Assembly: GCA_033549025.1 (NCBI GenBank)
Contig: JAWSUS010000028.1
Coordinates: 1-31,453, forward strand
Origin: Desulfuromonadales bacterium
GTDB lineage: Bacteria > Desulfobacterota > Desulfuromonadia > Desulfuromonadales > SZUA-540
Direction of reading: 5' to 3'
Length of the DNA stretch: 31,453 bases
Below, in pieces: positions 16,756 through 25,997 of the stretch. Each line of letters begins with the position of its first letter. Position 1 is the first letter of the stretch. The notes below the pieces were generated by a model that saw nothing but the letters and a program-made list of their open reading frames with translations, was not told where the DNA came from and searched no databases. Made by a program: the position numbers and the translations under genes.

Positions 16756-17433
16756 ATGCAACTGCTAAATAGTTCTGTGGGTAGAAAGATCATAATGGCG
16801 GTAACTGGTCTGCTCCTGATCAGTTTCGTTGTTATACACCTGCTCGGAAACTCCTCGGTTTTCCTCGGGGCTGACGGGATCAACGCTTATGCCAAGCATC
16901 TTCACGATCTTGGTCCCCTGGTCTGGGTGTTCCGCCTGATCATGCTGACCCTGTTTGCGCTGCACATCTGGTTCGGGGTGCAACTCACCCTCGAAAACAG
17001 TGCCGCCAAACCGATCGGCTACGCTCAGAAAAAGCGTCTTCGTACGACTTTTGCCGCTGAAACCATGATCGTCAGCGGTGTGGCCATCCTGGCTTTTGTC
17101 ATTTACCACCTGCTTCACTTCACCGTTCAGGTGACCAACCCTGAGATCTCAGCCGGAAACCTTCCTCTGGACGCCATGAACCGCCCTGACGTTTTCACCA
17201 TGGTTGTTCTTAGCTTCCAGAAGGCCTTTATCGCCCTGGTTTACGCTGTGGCCATGCTCTTCCTCCTCTTCCACGTGAGCCACGGTTTCCAGAGCTTCTT
17301 CCAGACATTGGGATTGAACAGCAAGAAGTCTCTTCCTGTTCTCGGCAAAATCAGCAAAGGGCTGGCTCTGGTCCTCTTTGTCGGTTATTTGTCCATTCCT
17401 GTTCTGATTTTTGTCGGCTTAGTTAAAATTTAG
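16756..17433 (+). CDS. frdC: Fumarate reductase/succinate dehydrogenase cytochrome b subunit (b558 type)
   Basis: [13 protein letters not shown]...HLLGN, five TM helices, heme His residues (H28, LHI, YHLLHF, FHVSHG). Confidence 0.93.
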   Translation: MQLLNSSVGRKIIMAVTGLLLISFVVIHLLGNSSVFLGADGINAYAKHLHDLGPLVWVFRLIMLTLFALHIWFGVQLTLENSAAKPIGYAQKKRLRTTFAAETMIVSGVAILAFVIYHLLHFTVQVTNPEISAGNLPLDAMNRPDVFTMVVLSFQKAFIALVYAVAMLFLLFHVSHGFQSFFQTLGLNSKKSLPVLGKISKGLALVLFVGYLSIPVLIFVGLVKI

Positions 17434-17443
17434 GGGGTTCATC

Positions 17444-19360
17444 GTGATTCTAGATGGCAAATGTCCTACCGGACCAATTGAAACTTCGTGGGATAGACAC
17501 CGCTTTAACATGAAGCTGGTCAATCCTGCCAACAAGCGTAAATTCAAGATCCTGATGGTCGGCACCGGCCTGGCCGGCGGCGCCGGCGCAGCCACCTTGG
17601 GTGAACTGGGCTACAACGTTCACGCTTTCTGCTACCAGGACAGCGCTCGTCGTGCTCACTCCATTGCCGCACAGGGCGGGATCAACGCCGCCAAGAACTA
17701 CCCGAACGACGGCGACAGCATCTATCGCCTGTTCTATGACACCATCAAGGGCGGTGACTTCCGCGCTCGTGAGGCTGACGTCTGGCGTCTGGCCCAGGTG
17801 TCCAACAACATTATCGACCAGTGCGTCGCCCAGGGCGTGCCTTTCGCCCGCGACTATGCCGGTTACCTCGACAACCGCTCCTTCGGCGGTGCGCAGGTTT
17901 CCCGTACTTTCTACGCTCGCGGTCAGACCGGTCAGCAGCTGCTGCTGGGTGCCTACTCGGCCCTGTCCCGCCAGGTGAAAGCCGGTACGGTGGTCATGCA
18001 CCCCCGCACCGAAATGCTCGACCTGGTCGTTGTCGATGGCGTGGCCCGCGGTATCACCGTGCGCAACCTCATTACCGGCGAAGTAGAATCCCACTGGGGT
18101 GACGCCGTGGTTCTGGCCACCGGCGGTTACGTCAACGTTTTCTATCTTTCGACCAACGCCATGGGCTGCAGCGTTACCGCTGCCTGGAAAGCCGCTAAAA
18201 AGGGCGCTTTCTTCGCCAATCCCTGCTACACCCAGATTCACCCGACCTGCATTCCGCAGCACGGCGAGCATCAGTCCAAACTGACCCTGATGTCCGAGTC
18301 TCTGCGTAACGACGGTCGCTGCTGGGTTCCGAAGAAGAAAGAAGATACGGACAAAAATCCCAACGACATCCCCGAAGAGGATCGCGACTACTACCTGGAG
18401 CGCAAGTACCCCTCTTTCGGCAACCTGGCTCCCCGCGACATCGCTTCCCGTGCCGCTAAAGAACAGTGCGATGATGATCGCGGCGTCGGACCCGGCAAGC
18501 GCGGTGTCTACCTCGACTACGCTTCGGCGATCGCCCGCGTCGGCGAGGACACGATCCGCGAGCGTTACGGCAACCTCTTCGAGATGTACGAGAAGATCAC
18601 CGACGAGAACGCCTACAAAGTGCCCATGCGTATCTACCCGGCTCCCCACTACTCCATGGGTGGTCTGTGGGTCGACTACAACTGCATGAGCAACGTTCCC
18701 GGCCTGTTCGTGCTTGGTGAAGCCAACTTCTCCGTACACGGCGCCAACCGCCTGGGGGCTTCTGCTCTCATGCAGGGTCTGGCTGACGGTTACTTTGTTA
18801 TTCCTTACACCATCGCCAATTACCTGGCCACCGTTACTCCCGGCCAGATCAAGGACGATCATCCCGAGTTCAAGAAATCCCGCGAGGATGTTACCAAGCA
18901 GGCGGAGAAACTGCTGTCCATCAACGGCAAGAAGACGGTCAGCGAAATGCACCGCGAGCTCGGCAAAATCATGTGGGAGAACGTCGGCATGGCGCGCAGC
19001 GAGCAGAGCCTCAAAGACGCTCTCAAGCGCATCCCGGCTCTTCGCGAAGAGTTCTGGAAGAACGTCAAGGTCACCGGTTCCGGCGCTGAATTCAACCAGC
19101 AGCTCGAGAACGCCGGCCGCCTGGCTGACTTCCTTGAATTCGCCGAGGTGATGACCCGCGACGCCCTGCACCGCAATGAATCCTGCGGTGGCCACTTCCG
19201 TACCGAGTACCAGACGGAGGATGGTGAGGCGATGCGTGACGACGAGAACTATGCCTACGTCGGCGCCTGGGAGTTCAAAGGGGTTGAGAAGGAGCCTGAG
19301 CTGCACAAGGAGCCCCTCAAATTCGAAAACGTCAAACTGGCTGTAAGGAGTTACAAATAA
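17444..19360 (+). CDS. frdA: Fumarate reductase/succinate dehydrogenase flavoprotein subunit
   Basis: [47 protein letters not shown] and ESCGGHFR motifs. Confidence 0.97.
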   Translation: MILDGKCPTGPIETSWDRHRFNMKLVNPANKRKFKILMVGTGLAGGAGAATLGELGYNVHAFCYQDSARRAHSIAAQGGINAAKNYPNDGDSIYRLFYDTIKGGDFRAREADVWRLAQVSNNIIDQCVAQGVPFARDYAGYLDNRSFGGAQVSRTFYARGQTGQQLLLGAYSALSRQVKAGTVVMHPRTEMLDLVVVDGVARGITVRNLITGEVESHWGDAVVLATGGYVNVFYLSTNAMGCSVTAAWKAAKKGAFFANPCYTQIHPTCIPQHGEHQSKLTLMSESLRNDGRCWVPKKKEDTDKNPNDIPEEDRDYYLERKYPSFGNLAPRDIASRAAKEQCDDDRGVGPGKRGVYLDYASAIARVGEDTIRERYGNLFEMYEKITDENAYKVPMRIYPAPHYSMGGLWVDYNCMSNVPGLFVLGEANFSVHGANRLGASALMQGLADGYFVIPYTIANYLATVTPGQIKDDHPEFKKSREDVTKQAEKLLSINGKKTVSEMHRELGKIMWENVGMARSEQSLKDALKRIPALREEFWKNVKVTGSGAEFNQQLENAGRLADFLEFAEVMTRDALHRNESCGGHFRTEYQTEDGEAMRDDENYAYVGAWEFKGVEKEPELHKEPLKFENVKLAVRSYK

Positions 19361-20100
19361 TGAACCTGACTCTATACGTATGGCGCCAAAAGAGCCCGAA
19401 GGATAAGGGTAAAATGGAGCAATACGAAGCGAAGAACGTCAGCCCTGACCAGTCTTTTCTTGAAATGCTCGACGATGTCAATGAAGAGCTGATCAAAACC
19501 GGGCGCGATCCTATCGCTTTCGACCATGACTGCCGCGAGGGTATCTGCGGTATGTGCTCCCAGGTAATTAACGGCCAGCCCCACGGCCCCCAGGAGAAGA
19601 CGACCGTCTGTCAGTTGCACATGCGTCAATTCAGCGACGGCGACAAGGTGTTCATCGAGCCCTGGCGTGCCCGTGCTTTCCCTCTCGTGCGTGACCTGGT
19701 GGTTGACCGCGCTGCCCTGGATGCCATTATCCAGGCCGGTGGCTACACCTCGGCTCACACCGGTGGCGTAGCAGACGGTAACGCGCTGCCTATCGGCAAA
19801 ATTGCTGCTGACTATGCCATGGACGCCGCCGAGTGCATCGGCTGCGGGGCTTGCGTGGCTTCCTGCCCCAACAGCTCGGCCATGCTCTTCACCGGCGCCA
19901 AGGTTTCCCAGTTGGCTGTCCTGCCTCAGGGTGAAGTAGAAGCCGCCCGCCGCGTGCAGGATATGACGGCCGAAGCTCTGGCCAATGGGTTCGGCAACTG
20001 CACCAACCACTACGAGTGTGAAGCGGCCTGTCCCAAAGGGATCAGCGTCAGCTTCATCGCCAAGCTCAACCGGGAGTACATCAAGGCTCTGGCCAAATAA
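19360..20100 (+). CDS. frdB: Fumarate reductase/succinate dehydrogenase Fe-S subunit
   Basis: [22 protein letters not shown] and [12 protein letters not shown] motifs. Confidence 0.97.
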   Translation: MNLTLYVWRQKSPKDKGKMEQYEAKNVSPDQSFLEMLDDVNEELIKTGRDPIAFDHDCREGICGMCSQVINGQPHGPQEKTTVCQLHMRQFSDGDKVFIEPWRARAFPLVRDLVVDRAALDAIIQAGGYTSAHTGGVADGNALPIGKIAADYAMDAAECIGCGACVASCPNSSAMLFTGAKVSQLAVLPQGEVEAARRVQDMTAEALANGFGNCTNHYECEAACPKGISVSFIAKLNREYIKALAK

Positions 20101-20146
20101 GGCCGGAGGAGATTATTCCTTCCATTGGATACAATGGGTTTTTATC

Positions 20147-20177
20147 GAGGCGGGTCCTATGACCCGCCTCTTTTTTT
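20147..20177 (+). terminator. Intrinsic terminator of frdCAB
   Basis: GAGGCGGGTC-ctat-GACCCGCCTC-TTTTTTT. Confidence 0.92.
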
Positions 20178-20214
20178 ATTTGAGGCTAGATCACCTTTGT
20201 CAGAAAGAAAAAGA

Positions 20215-20865
20215 TCAGGCGAGGAAATTAAGCAGGGAACCAGGGCTGGGCAGGGGAATGGGGTCGGTCTGGGGAGGGCCGTAGGTGCGCAAAACAGCCT
20301 GACGGGTGGCTGGAGTTTCTGCAGGACCTGAGTCCCGAAGGGAGGAAGAGTCCGAGGCAAAGGCGCTGTTTTGGGCCTGAATTTCGGCGCGGGCCTCAAT
20401 GGCCATTCGGCTGGCATTGGCGGCGATGAGGCGATCTGCGGAGGATGGCTGGGCCGGGGCCAGCGCCGCCGCGCGGATGACCTGAGCTTTTTGCAGGGTT
20501 GCTTCGGGATCACCGGGTACAGGAGAGACATCAATGCTGACTTCCCCCCCGGTGGCATATTGGGTGCCATCAGGGCCACGGGTATAGCTGAAGGAGGGCG
20601 CTGCAGCATAGGGGCCACCCATGGCGGCGTGGGCTGCTTCATGGGAGCGGACTTCCCGGTCACGGCGAGCCAGTCTGGCGAGTTCCTGCGCTTCTTGGCT
20701 CAGGCTCACCTGGTCCTGCGGCGCTGAATCGCTGCCTGCGGAGGCAGGAGTACTGTGGCGACCGTCTGAGACTCCTGGCGATCGTCGCTCCTGAATTTTA
20801 TCCTGGGAAGAGGGGACGGTGACGGGAACCAGGGGATATGTCAAGGCTGCTGCAATGTCGTCCAT
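20215..20865 (-). CDS. SprA-related family protein (putative metalloprotease, HExxH)
   Basis: RDREVRSHEAAH...YTRGPDGTQYATGGEVSIDVS...AALAPAQPSSAD is the family's conserved core. Confidence 0.85.
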   Translation of the reverse strand: MDDIAAALTYPLVPVTVPSSQDKIQERRSPGVSDGRHSTPASAGSDSAPQDQVSLSQEAQELARLARRDREVRSHEAAHAAMGGPYAAAPSFSYTRGPDGTQYATGGEVSIDVSPVPGDPEATLQKAQVIRAAALAPAQPSSADRLIAANASRMAIEARAEIQAQNSAFASDSSSLRDSGPAETPATRQAVLRTYGPPQTDPIPLPSPGSLLNFLA

Positions 20866-20941
20866 ACCGAAGAAGTCCCATCGGAAGATTGGGGATTGCC
20901 TTGCTTCTAGCTGAGGGATGTCTTAATGAGTTCCCAGGGGG

Positions 20942-20970
20942 AATATAACGCAGGACTTCTCCAAGTGCAA
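20942..20970 (-). promoter_or_regulatory. Candidate sigma70 promoter for the SprA-related gene
   Basis: Minus strand TTGCAC-N17-TATATT. Confidence 0.5.
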
Positions 20971-21130
20971 GATTTATAGTCGTTTTTCTCTTCGGAGATG
21001 CCGGCAGCTCCCCGGTCGGGGGTTGCCTTCGCAGCAGGCGATGGTATCTTTGCAAGGTCAGTTTTTATCGGAAAGAGGAATTTCCCGTTCGTCATCGTTT
21101 GATTCACCTAGAGCATCAGCAGGAGGAAAC

Positions 21131-22294
21131 ATGCAGAGTTTTACATTCTGGAACCCGACGAAAATTGTTTTTGGTAAAGATACTGCCGGACAGGTGGGCA
21201 AGCAGGCAGCGAAGTTCGGTCAGAAAGTCTTGATGGTCTACGGGCAGTCGAGCATCAAAAAAACCGGTGTCTATGACTTGGTAAAAAAATCGCTGGAGGC
21301 GTCTTCATTGCAGGTTGTTGAATTCGCCGGCGTCAAATCCAACCCGGTGCTATCCCATGTGCGCGAAGGGGTCAAGCTCGCCAAGGAGCAGCAGGTCGAT
21401 CTGATTGTCGCCGTAGGGGGCGGCAGCGTCATTGACGAGTCCAAAGCGATCGCGGCCGGCGCCAGAACGGACGGGGATGTCTGGGACTTTTTCATCGACA
21501 AGGAGACTGTCCGTGATGCCTTGCCCATCGTGACCGTGCTCACGCTGGCGGCGACCGCCTCTGAAATGAATTCGGGGGGCGTAGTCACCAACGAGGAGAC
21601 CGGCCAGAAATTCAATATCGGCGCGCCCCTCCTCTTTCCCAAGGTCTCCATTCTGGACCCGACCCTGACCTACACGGTGCCGGCCAACTACACGGCCTAT
21701 TCCGGGGTAGATGCCATCTGCCACCTGGTGGAGGGGTATTTTACCGCCGCCGACCCCAATACGCCCCTGCAGGACCGCCTGGTCGAGGCCCTGGTAAAGA
21801 CCGTTATGGAAAGCACCGACCGTATTCTGGTCGATCCCCGCGATTATGAGGCGCGGGCGACCATGATGTGGTCGGCGACTCTGGCCCTCAACGGCTTGAC
21901 CCCCGCGGGTATCGGTCCCTTCGGCTTCCCCAATCACATGATCGAACACTCCCTGAGTGCCCTCTACGACATCGCCCACGGCGCCGGCCTCTCTATTGTG
22001 CTGCCGGCCTGGATGGCCTACACCGCCCGCCGCGCGCCTGCGCGCTTCGCCCGCTTTGGACGGGAGGTTTTCGGGATCAGTGAAGCGGATGACCAGCAGG
22101 CGGCCGCCAAGGGAACGGCTGCCCTCAAGGCCTGGTTTGAGCGCATCGGCAGCCCGACGACGCTCGCGGCGGCTGACATCCCCGCGACAGACATCCCGAA
22201 GATTGCCGCCAATGCCGTCATGCTGGCGAAAAAATGGCGTCTGGATGATTATACCGAGGAGGTTATTGGCGAGATTTTGCAGTTGGCCCGCTAA
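21131..22294 (+). CDS. Iron-containing alcohol dehydrogenase (butanol dehydrogenase BdhA/YqhD-like)
   Basis: FTFWNPTKIVFG, AVGGGSVID, TLAATASEMN, DAICHLVE and HMIEHSLSALYDIAHGAGL motifs. SD AGGAGG precedes ATG 21131. Confidence 0.92.
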   Translation: MQSFTFWNPTKIVFGKDTAGQVGKQAAKFGQKVLMVYGQSSIKKTGVYDLVKKSLEASSLQVVEFAGVKSNPVLSHVREGVKLAKEQQVDLIVAVGGGSVIDESKAIAAGARTDGDVWDFFIDKETVRDALPIVTVLTLAATASEMNSGGVVTNEETGQKFNIGAPLLFPKVSILDPTLTYTVPANYTAYSGVDAICHLVEGYFTAADPNTPLQDRLVEALVKTVMESTDRILVDPRDYEARATMMWSATLALNGLTPAGIGPFGFPNHMIEHSLSALYDIAHGAGLSIVLPAWMAYTARRAPARFARFGREVFGISEADDQQAAAKGTAALKAWFERIGSPTTLAAADIPATDIPKIAANAVMLAKKWRLDDYTEEVIGEILQLAR

Positions 22295-22322
22295 CTGAGT
22301 GCCGGGGTGGGGGAGGGCGGTT

Positions 22323-24284
22323 TCAGGCCTTTTGCGGCAGGATGACGCGGAAAAGGCTGCCTTCCCCTTCCCGGCTTTCCACTTCGATTTTCCCTCCCAT
22401 GCTTTGTACGATACCGTAAGCGGTCGATAGTCCCAGCCCGGTGCCGTGTTTTTTACTGGTGAAGAACGGGTTGAAAATGGCATTGCGGATATTTTCGGAG
22501 ATGCCCGGTCCGGTGTCCTGTACCGTCACTTCCACCGCGCCCTTCACCAGCCGAGTCCGCAGGGTCAGAACTCCCTGGCCACTCAGGGCCTGCAGGGCAT
22601 TGATCAGCAGGTTGGTGAACACTTGGCGCAATCGCTCCTCGTCCGTCATCAGGGGCGGCAAATCTGGACCGAATTCACGAATGATCTCAACCGTTCCGAC
22701 ACTGACCTGATGACTGACCTGGGCGACGATATCGTCGAGCAGGCTGTTGACCTCGACGGGTTGGGGATGAATCGCCTGCTCGCGGGCGAAGGTGAGCATG
22801 TTCTGGGTGATGCGGGAAATCCGTTCGGTCTGTTTCAGAATTTCTTCCGCCTCTTCTCGCCCCTCGGCCCCGGGTGGCAGATCCATCAGCAGGATTTCGA
22901 CATTGCCGCGAATGATGGCGGCCGGGTTGTTGATCTCATGAGCAACCCCGGCGGCCAGGGAGCCGACGGCGGCGAGTTTTTCGCTGCGCAGCAGCTCGTC
23001 CCGGGTGCGGACCAGTTCGTCGTTTCTCTCTTCGAGCTGGCGGGTTCGCTCGCGGACCTTCTCCTCCAGTTGCTGGTTCAGACTGTTCAGCTGTGTTTCT
23101 CGCTCATTAAGGGCTGCCGCCATGTGGTTGAAGGTCCGGGTAAGGTGGCCGATTTCGTCTTTTCCGGTTTCTGGCAGCTGCAGATGTTTTTCTCCCGCCG
23201 CCACCCGCTGCGCCATGGCGTCCAGAGCCAGCAGGGGACGGCTCAGGTGACGGGATATTTCGCGCGCCAACAGATAGCCGATGCCGCTGCCGAGCAGAAG
23301 AAGTCCGAACAGGATGCCACCCACCCGCGCCTTGAGGGCCATGAACGGTTTTTCCAGCAGGCCGACGTATAGGGCGCCAATAGGTTGACCGTCGATATCG
23401 AGTAGGGGCTCATAGGCGGTCAGGTACCACTCGTCGATTACCCGCGCCCGTCCCAGCCAGCTCTGCTTCTCTTCCAGTACCGCTTTGGCGACCTGCGGTG
23501 AAACCTGAGTCCCCAGGGCGCGGCTGCCGTCATCCAGGCGGATGGTGGTGGCGATGCGCCGATCACCCAGAAAGAGGGTGGCGCTGCCGCGTTCTATCCC
23601 GTCAAATTTCTCTTCGCCGTAAATAATCTTTTGGATTTCATCCACCAGGCTCAGGTGTTTGTTCAGCAATTTCCCGCCATAGAGAAATCCCAGGACATGG
23701 CCCGCCCTGTCTCTTATGGGGGCCACGCTGACCAGAAAAAGCCCCCTGGTTTCAAATGCTCCGGATGGTTTTTCGCCGTCGATGAGGGCGATACGGGCTT
23801 TTCTGGCCAGACCGGGGGACAGCTCCCGCATCTGTTCGGCGGTGAGCAGAGTTGTACCGGCAAAGCTCCCCTGATAAAGCGACCTTTCCATGAATGGTGA
23901 AAATGCCGTGATCTGCGCGTCCGAATGCAGCGGCTGACCCAAGGGGTCGCTGATGCCAAGGATGTCCAGCTGTTCGCGCCGTTCAATGGCCGCCAACTCA
24001 TCGAGCAGCAGCGCCCCCTGACTCTGGCTCAGCGAACGGGAGGTGGCTTCGGAGTGGGCCGTGAAGCGGACAACATCGCGGATACGTTCGAGTTCACGCA
24101 GATAGACGGCCCGAGCCGAGTCCATCTCATTTTGGACGCGTTTCTGGGTGTCACCGACGATGTAGGCATTGATAAGATAAACGATGGCAACGGTGACCAG
24201 GATCAGCACGACGACCAAGGGCGCCAGCGCCGCCAGGGTCAGCTTGCCGCGAATGGAAAGGGGGCGGGGGAGGGGCAGGCTCAT
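22323..24284 (-). CDS. Membrane sensor histidine kinase (Cache-type periplasmic domain, HAMP, HisKA, HATPase)
   Basis: Two TM segments, ATLFLGDRRIATT...RALGT...YEPL Cache-like region, DEIGHL HAMP, AHEINNP H-box, NLLINA, DTGPGI and GTGLGL. Confidence 0.93.
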   Translation of the reverse strand: MSLPLPRPLSIRGKLTLAALAPLVVVLILVTVAIVYLINAYIVGDTQKRVQNEMDSARAVYLRELERIRDVVRFTAHSEATSRSLSQSQGALLLDELAAIERREQLDILGISDPLGQPLHSDAQITAFSPFMERSLYQGSFAGTTLLTAEQMRELSPGLARKARIALIDGEKPSGAFETRGLFLVSVAPIRDRAGHVLGFLYGGKLLNKHLSLVDEIQKIIYGEEKFDGIERGSATLFLGDRRIATTIRLDDGSRALGTQVSPQVAKAVLEEKQSWLGRARVIDEWYLTAYEPLLDIDGQPIGALYVGLLEKPFMALKARVGGILFGLLLLGSGIGYLLAREISRHLSRPLLALDAMAQRVAAGEKHLQLPETGKDEIGHLTRTFNHMAAALNERETQLNSLNQQLEEKVRERTRQLEERNDELVRTRDELLRSEKLAAVGSLAAGVAHEINNPAAIIRGNVEILLMDLPPGAEGREEAEEILKQTERISRITQNMLTFAREQAIHPQPVEVNSLLDDIVAQVSHQVSVGTVEIIREFGPDLPPLMTDEERLRQVFTNLLINALQALSGQGVLTLRTRLVKGAVEVTVQDTGPGISENIRNAIFNPFFTSKKHGTGLGLSTAYGIVQSMGGKIEVESREGEGSLFRVILPQKA

Positions 24285-25663
24285 GGAGTGTCCGCCTCTT
24301 CGGGCGCCGGCGTGTCGAATTCCTTGATCTTGCGGTCGAGAGTCTTTCTGGTGATGCCCAACAGCAGGGCCGCCTGACTTTTATTGCCGCCGGTTTTCTT
24401 CATGGCCCGGTTGATCTGCCGCCGTTCCGCCTCCCGCAGGCTCAGGGGCATATCAGCGGTGTCGGCGACAGAGGCCGGCGCTGGGGCAGCGCTGAGACGG
24501 ATTGGCAGCAGGTCGACCGTGATCTGATCGTCCAGCGCTAGAATGGCCGCCCGCTCGATGACGTTCTGCAACTCGCGAATGTTGCCGGGCCAGTGATAGC
24601 TCTGCAGGACTTCCAGCGCCTCGGGGGCGATGCCCTGGAGGTTTTTTTTCATTTTCTGAATCATTTTTTCAAGAAAGTGCTGGGCCAGAGGAACGATATC
24701 CTCCCGCCTCTCCCGCAGGGGAGGCAGGTTCAGGCAGATGACGTTGAGGCGGTAATAGAGGTCCTCCCGAAAACGGCCCTCGGCCACCTCCTTTTCCAGA
24801 TCCTTGTTGGTGACGGCGATGAAGCGGACATCGACCTTTTTGGGGCGGGTGGCCCCGACGGGGATGAACTCGCCTTCCTGAATGACGCGTAGCAGCTTGG
24901 CCTGCAGGCCGGGGCTGATGTCACCCACTTCGTCCAGAAAGAGCGTGCCGCCGTCGGCCTCCTCCAGAAAGCCCTTCTGGGATTGCAGGGCGCCCGTGAA
25001 GGAACCCTTGACGTGGCCGAAGAGCTGGCTCTCCAGCAGGGTTTCCGACAGGGCCGCGCAGTTGATCGCGAGAAAGCGGTTGGCGGCGCGGGGGCTGGCG
25101 TAGTGGATGGTGCCGGCGATGAGTTCTTTGCCGGTACCGCTTTCGCCCAGCACCAGAATGTTGGCGTCGCTGGCGGCCACCCGCAAGGCCAGCTCGTAGA
25201 CCTGGCGGAATTTATCGCTGACGAAGACGGGTTTGCCCGGTGTGTGGCGTTCCTGCAGTTCTTTTTTGAGGGACAGGTTTTCTTCCCGCAGCTTTTCCCG
25301 CTCCATGGCGTGAACGAGCAGGGACTGCAGCTTCTCGTGAGGAAAGGGCTTGCTCAGATAATCATAGGCGCCGATCTTCATGGCTTCGACCGCCGAGTCG
25401 ATGGTGCCGTGGCCGGTCATCATGATGACGGGCAATTCGGGGCGGAGACTTCGAATGCGGGTCAGGGCTTCGATGCCGTCCATTTCCGGCATTTTCACGT
25501 CGAGCAGGACCAGGTCGCAGTCTGAATCGGTCTGTCCCAGAAATTTCAACATCAACAGAGGGTCAGCAAAGGTTTCCGCCTCGTAACCCCAGCCGGTGAG
25601 CATTTTGTTCAGGTAGCGGCGCATGCCTTCTTCGTCATCTACCACGATGATTCGTTTCGCCAT
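24281..25663 (-). CDS. Sigma54-dependent response regulator (NtrC family: REC, AAA+, Fis HTH)
   Basis: VVDDE, LLDVKMP, GESGTGKE, GSFTGA (GAFTGA variant), LFLDEVG, WPGNIRELQN and GGNKSQAALLLGITRKTL motifs. Confidence 0.95.
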   Translation of the reverse strand: MAKRIIVVDDEEGMRRYLNKMLTGWGYEAETFADPLLMLKFLGQTDSDCDLVLLDVKMPEMDGIEALTRIRSLRPELPVIMMTGHGTIDSAVEAMKIGAYDYLSKPFPHEKLQSLLVHAMEREKLREENLSLKKELQERHTPGKPVFVSDKFRQVYELALRVAASDANILVLGESGTGKELIAGTIHYASPRAANRFLAINCAALSETLLESQLFGHVKGSFTGALQSQKGFLEEADGGTLFLDEVGDISPGLQAKLLRVIQEGEFIPVGATRPKKVDVRFIAVTNKDLEKEVAEGRFREDLYYRLNVICLNLPPLRERREDIVPLAQHFLEKMIQKMKKNLQGIAPEALEVLQSYHWPGNIRELQNVIERAAILALDDQITVDLLPIRLSAAPAPASVADTADMPLSLREAERRQINRAMKKTGGNKSQAALLLGITRKTLDRKIKEFDTPAPEEADTP

Positions 25664-25781
25664 GATTTCTCCCGGAAGGTGTTAAAGATTTTCATAATAA
25701 GCACAAATTATTCCAGATGGGAAGAGCCTAGGCCTGGGTCCGGTTCGGGCCCAATGCCCCAGGAGGTGGAGGGCCAGTGGT

Positions 25782-25818
25782 TGGGTCGATATGACCCGCC
25801 GGGAGAAAAAATGACCCA
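25782..25818. promoter_or_regulatory. Candidate enhancer (UAS) for the sigma54 activator
   Basis: TGGGTC-gatat-GACCCG dyad and a second ATGACCC exactly 20 bp later, about 100-140 bp upstream of the -24 element. Confidence 0.55.
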
Positions 25819-25919
25819 TCCGTCTCTCCTGATTTTGCGGAGATCGAGGATGGCCCGATTCGGAGGGCGGGCAGCAACCATGCGGACTGCCGAGGGGGCG
25901 TCTGAGGAGTATGCCCCAT

Positions 25920-25934
25920 TGGCACAAAGGTTGC
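25920..25934 (+). promoter_or_regulatory. Sigma54 (-24/-12) promoter of the formate dehydrogenase operon
   Basis: TGGCAC-aaagg-TTGC is a consensus match, about 63 nt before the ATG and divergent from a bEBP gene. Confidence 0.88.
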
Positions 25935-25997
25935 CAATGGCAGGGGAGACTCAGGTGACCGCATCCGGTCGTTGTATACCATTCAAGGAGAGAGTGC

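Noticed and set aside
17450..19306. 618-aa minus-strand ORF
   Set aside because: It is the antisense shadow of frdA.
20878..20904. Possible sigma28 promoter (GCAA-N15-TCCGATGG, minus strand) before the SprA-related gene
   Set aside because: It is a weak consensus match leaving almost no leader, and a better sigma70 candidate lies upstream.
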